This document shows positions 1 through 6,996 of a stretch of 8,019 bases of DNA, in pieces. The notes beneath the pieces were generated by a model. That model had not been told where the DNA came from. It worked only from the letters and a program-made list of their open reading frames with translations, and ran no database searches. Numbering within the stretch: position 1 is the first letter of the stretch; each line of letters begins with the position of its first letter. This stretch comes from Octopus sinensis (Eukaryota): assembly GCF_006345805.1 (NCBI RefSeq), contig NW_021828695.1:1-8019 (forward strand). Direction: 5' to 3'. A program made the translations under genes and the position numbers.

Positions 1-154
1 GTTCAAATTCCGCCGAGGTCGACTTTGCCATTCATCCTTTCGGGGCGATAAATTAAGTACCAGTTACGCACTGGGGTCGATGTAATCGACTTAATCCGTT
101 TGTCTGTCCTTGTTTGTCTCCTCTGTGTGTAGCCCCTTGTGGGTAATAAAGAAA
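1..154 (+). mobile_element. tRNA-derived SINE, cut by the window edge (B-box, central domain, 3' end)
   Basis: Starts with Pol III B-box-like GTTCAAATTCC (1-11), then GGTCGACTTTGCCATTCATCCTTTCGGGGCGATAAATTAAGTACCAG, and ends in A-rich TAATAAAGAAA. Resembles, from memory, a high-copy octopus SINE; family name not verified. Confidence 0.75.
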
Positions 155-235
155 CGGAATTTCGACAATTTGAAATGGACTGAACGAATATGAATACTGC
201 CCTTTGATATTTGTTTCTCTCTTTCCTAACTTTAT

Positions 236-260
236 ACACACACACACACACACACACACA
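236..260. repeat. (CA)n microsatellite
   Basis: Pure AC run read directly. Confidence 0.95.
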
Positions 261-403
261 ATGAATGGCGAGAGAGTTTGTATACATATATTGCGTTTGG
301 TGGGAGATATTAAATTTGTTCGTGCAAAGGCACACATGGAGGATGCACTCACGCGGATATATTTATGATCGATTTTCTTATTTATACGTGTTTATGTACG
401 CGC

Positions 404-746
404 GTGTGGTGTGTGTGTGTGTGTGCGTGTGTCTATACTACATACACACAAACATACATACAGACAGACAGACAGATAAATATATATGGACCATATACAT
501 AATACAAATATGCATAAATATATAAACATATATACATACATATATATATATATTTATGTATGTGTGTATAAACCGTATGTATACATATATTATGTATATT
601 ATATATACAATATATATCATATTTTATATATCATATTTAATATTATTATATATTTTTATATTATCATTATATATTATACATATTGTATTATAATATATAT
701 TATATAAGCTACATATATATATTATATATGCTATATATATATATTA
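404..746. repeat. Compound microsatellite / low complexity: (GT)n, (CAGA)n, degenerate (TA)n/(TAT)n
   Basis: Read directly; overlapping ORFs are Y/I/C/V-rich artefacts. Confidence 0.9.
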
Positions 747-811
747 TACTTTACTTTTTTTACTTTTTACTTGTTTCAGTCATGTGACTGTGGCCATGCT
801 GGAGCACCGCC
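747..811 (-). mobile_element. Isolated retroelement 3' tail (same family as the LINE tail) with (AAAGT)n-like end
   Basis: Reverse complement GGCGGTGCTCCAGCATGGCCACAGTCACATGACTGAAAC followed by A-rich AAGT repeats; aligns with 2577-2613 (-) and 7012-7050 (+). Confidence 0.8.
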
Positions 812-856
812 TTTAATTATATTATATTATATTATATTATATAATGTATATATAAA

Positions 857-965
857 GGGTTGGCTGTGTGGTAAGAAGGTTCCTTGCCAACCAATGTCTT
901 CTATTATAACCTCGGGATAGGATTTGAGGTTTCGGTAGACAAAAACTGAAAGAAGCCCACCATGT
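857..965 (+). mobile_element. tRNA-type SINE 5' part lacking a B-box, copy 1 of a tandem pair
   Basis: A-box-like TGGCTGTGTGG at 861-871; head matches 7926-7962; no GTTC B-box; ends in (TA)n. Confidence 0.7.
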
Positions 966-1042
966 ATATATAGATATATATATATATACATGGTGGGTTT
1001 TAATTTATTATATTATATTATATTATATAATGTATATAAAAA

Positions 1043-1151
1043 GGGTGGCTGTGTGGTAAGAAGGTTCCTTGCCAACCACATGTCTTCTATTATAACCTCG
1101 GGATAGGATTTGAGGTTTCGGTAGACAGAAACTGAGCGAAGCCCACCATGT
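1043..1151 (+). mobile_element. tRNA-type SINE 5' part lacking a B-box, copy 2 of a tandem pair
   Basis: Near-identical to 857-965 (period ~185 bp), including the upstream (TATAT)n flank; A-box-like motif at 1046-1056. Confidence 0.7.
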
Positions 1152-1379
1152 ATATATATATATATATATATATATACTATATATATATATATAGTATATA
1201 TATATAATTATTATATATAGAGGGCATTATTACACATAAATGCCACACGCTATATATATATAATATATATATGAAGTGATGAGAGAGAGATAGAATCTTA
1301 CGGACATAATGTTTGTATACCTCTGGCGTTGTGTGTCTATGTATGTGTGTGAGTGTGTGTGTATATACATACATACATA

Positions 1380-1420
<41 letters not shown>
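1151..1420. repeat. (TA)n and (GT)n microsatellite cluster
   Basis: Read directly; the HT-repeat ORFs here are artefacts. Confidence 0.9.
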
Positions 1421-1774
1421 TTAAATGCATTCAACAGTAAAATTATAACTATATAATATGTTCACCTTCTTGCTTGTGGATATGGGACTGGTGGCTTTGT
1501 TCTCATGTGCAACAGTAAGTTAAAGCATTCAACTGTACCTGAATCACGTCCTGGCTGCTAGTCACATAGTATCTGCCGGGAAAGTTTCTAAATCTTAAAC
1601 TTATAACACAAACAAATAACGATGATTGCTTTTCATTGAGCGAATATGTCACTTGTTAACAGCGTGCGGTGTAATATTATAGATATAGTGAATATTTTAT
1701 GCGTGTGTGCAGATTGTAACCGTACATTGACGTTGTGTTTGTGTGGGTGTGCGGTTGTGTGTGTGCGTGTGTAG

Positions 1775-1836
1775 TTTTTTTTTTTTTTCTTTTACATATT
1801 TTAGTCCAGAGGTTGCAGCCGTGCTAGATCCCCGCC
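1775..1836 (-). mobile_element. Old, diverged copy of the same retroelement 3' tail with A-rich end
   Basis: 1798-1836 aligns ungapped to 773-811 at 26/39 positions (hand count) and is preceded by a T-run (A-tail on the minus strand). Confidence 0.5.
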
Positions 1837-1920
1837 ATAGTATACAACTTATCAATACTCATTCTTATGCGATTGGCTTATATATTTTTAATATATATAA
1901 AGGGTTACGAGTTTGCTGGT

Positions 1921-2034
1921 ATATATATATATATATCTATATTATATATATATATATTATATATATTATATATATATATATAAATATATATATAGTGTGT
2001 GTGTTGTGTGTATAAAGGATTATGAGTTTCCTGG

Positions 2035-2119
<85 letters not shown>

Positions 2120-2175
2120 GATATGTTATATATATATATATATGTATGAATATATATATGTATATGTATATATTG

Positions 2176-2214
<39 letters not shown>

Positions 2215-2252
2215 TATATAATATGTATATATTATATATATATATATATTAT

Positions 2253-2284
<32 letters not shown>
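1921..2284. repeat. Long interrupted (TA)n/(TG)n microsatellite
   Basis: Read directly. Confidence 0.95.
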
Positions 2285-2359
2285 CCAGGAAACTCGTAAC
2301 CCTTGGGTCACCGGGAAGCTCTGAGTTTCCCAGCGACACAGTTTTGTTTCGTGGGTTGA

Positions 2360-2437
2360 AAAGATTTGGCAGCTATTTTTTGCACGACCTGCTACCACGT
2401 GGTAGCAGGGTGTGCTAGAAATAGCAGCCAAATCTTT
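2360..2437. repeat. 78-bp imperfect palindrome with perfect 22-bp core
   Basis: Core CCTGCTACCACGTGGTAGCAGG (2388-2409); 39-bp arms with 5 mismatches (AAAGATTTGGCAGCTATTT...AAATAGCAGCCAAATCTTT). Confidence 0.9.
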
Positions 2438-2632
2438 GGAGGGGAGATACGTTGAATGCACTCGAAAAAACTATTTCAGACTGACTTTATCTACCGTATT
2501 TTTAAATCATTTTCACTAGAATATTTTTTAAATATGACACAAAAAAAAATTGTGTTGGAATTCACATTTTTGTTTTAGTTTCAGCTCAGAGCTGTGGCCA
2601 TACTGAGGCACCGTTATTTTACTACACTGTTA

Positions 2633-4055
2633 TTATTGAGAGCCTCCTCTAATATGTGGCACTTGGTGAAGAAAAGAGTTTAATGTCGCTTCCCTCGTTT
2701 GCACCTCTTGCCGCGAAGTAGGTTCATCTGTGACTCCCGACCAGAAGAAGTCCAGTTTTGATTTGAAAACACCTACATCTACTTTGTGTAGGTCCTTCAG
2801 ACTCTTTGGGAGAATATTAAAAAGTTGTGGGCCCCTAAAATCCAGGCTGTTGTAGTAACTGGTCCTGGAGCGCGCACTGTGCAGTGACGATCCGTCCTGG
2901 TATTTGTGTAGCTTTCAATGCCAAAATTTGGCACAATTCCTTCTAGGATCTGCCAGATGTATATTACTGCATACTTCTCCCGCCTTTGCTCCAGGGAGTA
3001 GAGTCTTAACTCTTTCAGCCTTTTCCAGTTGCTGAGACGTTGCAATGAGACGATCTTCTTTGTCAAGCTTCGCTGGATTGCTTCAAGGTCCACTGTTAAT
3101 TTTATACTGTTGGGTGACCATAGCTGGGAGCAGTAAACGAATGTCCTCCAGAGGACCATCATGGGTTCCTTCTCTCTGGTACTGAACGTTCTCAGTATCA
3201 AGCCAGCCAGTCGTCTGCACTTTGTTGCCATCCTGGTAGTGTGCACTTGGAAAGAGGTATCATCACTCATGTCAATACCCAGGTCCTGTACTGATTTAGG
3301 GTCTGGGATTGTAATCCCCTGTGAGCCAGTGTACCCTGTAAGTTTTACGTTCAGTTTTGGACGCTGGTAGCGCAGAGCTTGGAATTTTTCAGCATTAAAC
3401 TGCATATTATTGTCCTCAGCCCATCTGTAAAGTGAGCCCAACTCCTGCTGCAGATGTACAACATCGCTGGGGTTCTGTATTTTCTGCGAGGCTTTATTAT
3501 CGTCTGCGTAACCAGTAAGGGTGGCTATCCGGGCAGCTGAGAGCATATCTGAGAGGGTCACCTGTGCTTGTTTGCAGTGAGCTATTCCTGAGAGCATGGG
3601 GCCTTCTGGCCATTTGATATTGAGGAAGTTGAAATCACCCATAAGAAATACGCTCACGTTGTGTTCCAGTTACATGAGGATTTCTTTAATTCTTGTGAGG
3701 CAATCTTCAAACTTGCCTATGTGGTTTGGAGCATCTGGTGAGCGATATGTATTGCATATTACTATATTGTATTGTCTTATGTATACAATTAGAATGTCAA
3801 ATACTGAATTTGAGTATGACAATAAGACCTAGGGTGTGAGGTCTTCACGGATGTATACAGCAATCACGGCTCCTTTCCCTTCCGTCTGTTCGCAGTATGG
3901 TATATTTTGGTATGTGTACTTCTGCATCCTCTATATCAGGGCTTAGATGAGTTTCTACGAGTGTTATGCATAGGGCTTGATTGTATGCAGCAAGATCTCT
4001 CAGGAAAAAAACTTGCTTTCGTTGTTGTGATGAAACAGGGCCCCCAATATTTAGT
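2633..4055 (-). pseudogene. LINE ORF2 remnant (endonuclease-reverse transcriptase) with stops, frameshifts and internal deletion
   Basis: Hand translation: FLRDLAAYNQALCITLVETHLSPDIEDAEVHIPKYTILRTD / VYIREDLTP*...YRSPD...M*LEHNVSVFLMGDFN. Continues as the 286-aa ORF 3657-2797, then after a frameshift NSLDFRGPQLFNILPKSLKDL...FKSKLD...VTDEP...GGSQ* (stop 2635-2633). Confidence 0.88.
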
Positions 4056-4099
4056 AAAAAATATTGGCGTGACTACTGCAGGCGTTAGGGGAGGCCATC

Positions 4100-4970
4100 C
4101 CGTGTCTGTTGATTGTAGTGATCTTGCGCAGTGGTGAGTAAGGTTCCTTGACTGTGCTTCATGTAGCCAGGTCAGCTGCTGCATAATCTTTTGCGCCATG
4201 CACAAAAAAGACTCTTGCACATAACATCTGAAGAGCGCACTGCATTTGTATATTTTTTTCTTTGGAGACGATTGGTGCCTTTCCTCGGGGAAGTATTTCT
4301 TCTTAAGGCCCCTGTAATTTTGGCGGGGTCTCATGTAAAATTTGCAGGTCCTTGACTTCACTCCAGCTTTCTTCTCTCCTCTAGGGTTTCGGATTCCATT
4401 GGAGCTTTCTGTTTTCTTTTTTTTTTTCGTGGTTTGGGGTTTCGATTTTAGTTATTTCATCTTTTCCTTTTCCTTTTTCTCCTCTTCCTTCCTTACATTT
4501 GTACTCGTGTTCTTTCCTTCCTTTTCTGATGGCAGCATTTTCATTCCTCTGGTTTTCCAATGGGGTGAGGACTATATTCCTTTGTAGGACCATTGGCACA
4601 GAGGGACTTCTGGTTGTTGCATCCTCAGCTTCCCTATCCCTATCAGCCTGGCTGTTCACAGGGGTGGGGGGATCCATTCTTTTGAGAGACCACTGAATCA
4701 AAGAGACTTCTGATTTTTGCTTCGTTTTCCCAATCCTTATCAGCCTCACCACAGTAGTTTTTCATGATGACATCAAGAGTGTCAATGTGTGATCTAATAA
4801 GGGCATAGGATCGTATGAATTCATTTTTCTTCCGCTCTCTCTGCTCAATGATTCTACAGAAGCCATTGTACAGAAGCAGTGATGATGTTGTTTGATGGAT
4901 CGCCGCTAATAATCGTCCATGCTCGCAACAGAAGATTCAATTCCTTGCTCTCCCACTTTGGTACCATCTA
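4100..4970 (-). pseudogene. Probable LINE ORF1 remnant (fragmented, Lys/Glu-rich)
   Basis: Protein-like broken frames directly upstream of the APE domain on the same strand (ORFs 4752-4381 and 4361-3936; GFCRIIEQRERKKNEFIRSYALIRSHIDTLDVIMKNYC). Assigned by position; no diagnostic domain recognised. Confidence 0.5.
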
Positions 4971-4984
4971 TGTTTTCTAAACCC

Positions 4985-5515
4985 AGAGGGGGGAAGAATA
5001 GAGAGGAAGTGAGAGACAGAGGGAGGTAGAAAGGAAGAAAGACAGAGGTAGGGAGAGGGAAAGAGAGAGAGAGTATGGAGCGATAGCGAGACAGAGGGAG
5101 GGAGAAGAGTGGAAGAGAAAGAGAGACAGAGTAAGGGAAAGAGAGGAGAGAATGAAGGATGTGAGGGAAAGGGAGAGACCGAGTGAGAAGAGGAGGGAAA
5201 AGGAGAAATATATGAGGGAGATGGTGAGATGAGAGGGGGAGAGATAGATGTAGAGAGAGACAAAGGAAGGGAGAGTGAAGTGGGAAAAGGAGGAAGATAT
5301 GAAAGGGAGGGAGAGACAGAGTAAGAGAGAGGAAAGAAAAGAGGAAGGTATGAAAGAGAGAAGGAGAGAGCTAGATGTAGAGAGAGACAAAGAGAAGAGA
5401 GAGAGAGAGAAGCGGGAAAAGGGGGAAGATATGAAAGGGAAGGCGAGAAGAAGAGGAAGATATGAAAGAGAGAGGGGAGGAGCAGGTAACGAAGATATGA
5501 AGGAAAAATAAAAAC
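4985..5515. repeat. ~530-bp polypurine (GA-rich) low-complexity tract with internal repeats
   Basis: Mostly A/G on the + strand; TAGATGTAGAGAGAGACAAAG at 5245-5265 and 5372-5392; GAAGATATGAA at 5293, 5425, 5456 and 5491. Confidence 0.9.
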
Positions 5516-5624
5516 GAATGGTATAGAGCGAGGGGGCTCCTGTAAAACAAAGATAAAATGAAAAAACCATAATAAAAAGAAAGAGGTTTTGTAACGAATT
5601 CGCTACCGTGAATTTTTTAAATAG

Positions 5625-5689
5625 AATAATAATAATAATGAAATTATTGTATACAGTGCTCTGGTGCACCACAACCTGTCAGAAAGTGC
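5625..5689 (-). mobile_element. Possible short retroelement 3' end with (ATT)n tail
   Basis: Minus strand ...GTGGTGCACCAGAGCACTGTATACAATAATTTC(ATT)5; small GTGC/GCAC stem before a trinucleotide tail. Confidence 0.35.
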
Positions 5690-5711
5690 CTCCATTTTCT
5701 TATTTGTATTA

Positions 5712-5786
5712 TGTGTCGGTGGCACATAAAAAGCACCCACTACACTCACGGAGTGGTTGGCGCTAGGAAGGGCATCCAGATGTAGA
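5712..5786 (+). mobile_element. Internal fragment of a SINE/LINE-derived repeat
   Basis: GGTGGCACATAAAAAGCACCCACTACACTCACGGAGTGGTTGGCGCTAGGAAGGGCATCCAG resembles, from memory, a common octopus repeat segment; a GC-richer island in AT-rich DNA. No second copy in the window. Confidence 0.55.
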
Positions 5787-6877
5787 TACAAACAATACAT
5801 CTTAACTTAAATTTTCATCCGATATTATCAATGATAAAACAAAATAAACAAAATAAATAGGATACTTATTCTCAAGCGGTAAAATTCCAATCCTTGTTCT
5901 TGTACGAAGAAGTTTTATTTCAAAGAAAAAATCGATTACTCTTGGCACACGGCTGCTAATGAAAGTACGATTTATCACCACGTACTTTCTTCGAAGATAA
6001 CTCTGGCTTGCGTCATTTTTTTTTTTTACCAAAATATTATAGTAAATCATTATGAAATAACAAGTACTGGGTTGTTTTTTTTTTATTGAGTTTCAGTAGA
6101 TTTTTTGTCGATTTAGGGAATCCCTTTTGGTTTTTTCCGAAGCACGAAAAGCACGTCTTTCCATAACGAAACCGGAAGTATATACTTGAAAATAATTTTA
6201 AAAAACATTAAAATATTGTCTGTTTAAAGAAAGCTAAACTATAAATACTTACTGTACAAACAGCTTACAGTTTTGAAATCACATTCACTTAAAAATATTT
6301 CTAAATGATTAAAATATTGTATTTAATAAAAGCGAAAATAGAAACTGTAAAAAAAAATCGCTTTTTTTTTCCTTCTTTTCGTTGTCAAATCACTGTCTAA
6401 TAAAAAGTTATGAGTTTCTTTCCTTTCAGGATGAAGATTATTTTCGGAACATTTTCCCATTATGCACCGTTTTGGATATTTATATCCTGAAAATCTCTAA
6501 TATCTTGAAAATAACTTTACCGATTTACGCGAAACTTGTTTCATTCGAGAAGTTTTAACATTTCAGGGTAAACTTAATTCATGGTATTTTCCCATTATGT
6601 GCCAGTTTCGCTGAGTAACATTACAAGCAAGCAAGAAAGATTGAAACTGACTTTTAATGTATTATGAATATGTATATATAATTTATATTTTTATGGAACA
6701 TAACTGTTATGTTCGGTCTATTATTTTTTAACTTCTTGTCCGTTTGAATAGAAAAGTTACACCAAATCTTACATTTCTCCGACTACAGTACGCTTTCGAC
6801 TCGATGATTGTATCACGTGTTTCCAGCTTCAAATCCCCATTTCTGACACAGTTTCCAGTGTAAAACTTTTACAACCA

Positions 6878-6996
6878 TATTACGGCCATATCACGTTGAA
6901 AGCACCCGTTCTCGTCTGATCACCGAAGTTAAGCAACGTCGAGCCTAGTCGGTACTTAGATGGGTGACCGCTTGGGAAACCTAGGTGCAGTAAGCA
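6878..6996 (+). rRNA. 5S rRNA: 5S rRNA-derived sequence (retroposed copy, probably not a functional rRNA gene)
   Basis: TTACGGCCATATCACGTTGAAAGCACCCGTTCTCGTCTGATCACCGAAGTTAAGCAACGTCGAGCC...GATGGGTGACCGCTTGGGAAACCTAGGTGCAGTAAGCA is typical metazoan 5S. The first two bases (GC, expected from helix I pairing with the 3' GTAAGC) are replaced, helix I has a mismatch, and there is no oligo-T terminator. Confidence 0.93.
6927..6975 (+). promoter_or_regulatory. Pol III type 1 internal control region (box A to box C)
   Basis: Box A AGTTAAGCAACGTCG at 6927-6941 (5S +50 to +64); box C AGATGGGTGACCGCTTGG at 6958-6975, with A where G is usual at +81. Confidence 0.75.

Larger units (their letters stand above)
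2567..4980 (-). mobile_element. Decayed non-LTR retrotransposon (APE + RT, CR1/L2 group) with intact 3' end
   Basis: APE motifs ETHL (3955-3944), YRSP (3747-3736) and GDFN (3639-3628); RT YADD (3510-3499); CR1-like C-terminal motifs LQQEL..LYRWAEDNNMQFN, YCSQLWSP, RLKELRLYSLE. Short 3' UTR with stem-loop tail and AAAACAAAAA end. 5' boundary is approximate. Confidence 0.9.

Noticed and set aside
1775-1840. Splice acceptor (T-run plus AG at 1803-1804) partnering the candidate exon at 1458-1514
   Set aside because: Better explained as an antisense retroelement tail; it would give only 11 codons before a stop.
3-2149. ORFs rich in Y, I, C, V, H and T
   Set aside because: Translations of (TA)n, (CA)n and (GT)n microsatellites and a SINE.
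814-2304. CRISPR-like repeat-spacer array
   Set aside because: Repeats are few, irregular, partly inverted and separated by microsatellites, in eukaryotic DNA with no cas genes.
2797-3657. 286-aa ORF as a functional or domesticated RT
   Set aside because: Non-ATG start, upstream in-frame stops, most RT motifs deleted and a frameshifted C-terminus.
4081-4100. GGCGTTAGGGGAGGCCATCC resembling 5759-5777
   Set aside because: Short, gapped match inside LINE sequence; likely chance.
3161-4696. Plus-strand ORFs of 65-81 aa
   Set aside because: Antisense shadows of the LINE coding frames.
5591-5606. GTAACGAATTCGCTAC palindrome as a Helitron 3' hairpin
   Set aside because: No CTRR terminus at the expected distance on either strand.
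4937-5672. ORFs of 108, 231 and 78 aa (S/L/F/P-rich or E/R/K-rich)
   Set aside because: Artefacts of the stop-poor GA/CT tract.
6878-6996. Functional 5S rDNA gene, or an RLE element targeting 5S rDNA
   Set aside because: Solitary copy with damaged helix I and no terminator. The 5S is uninterrupted while the RLE frame is split, so the 5S unit is the insert.
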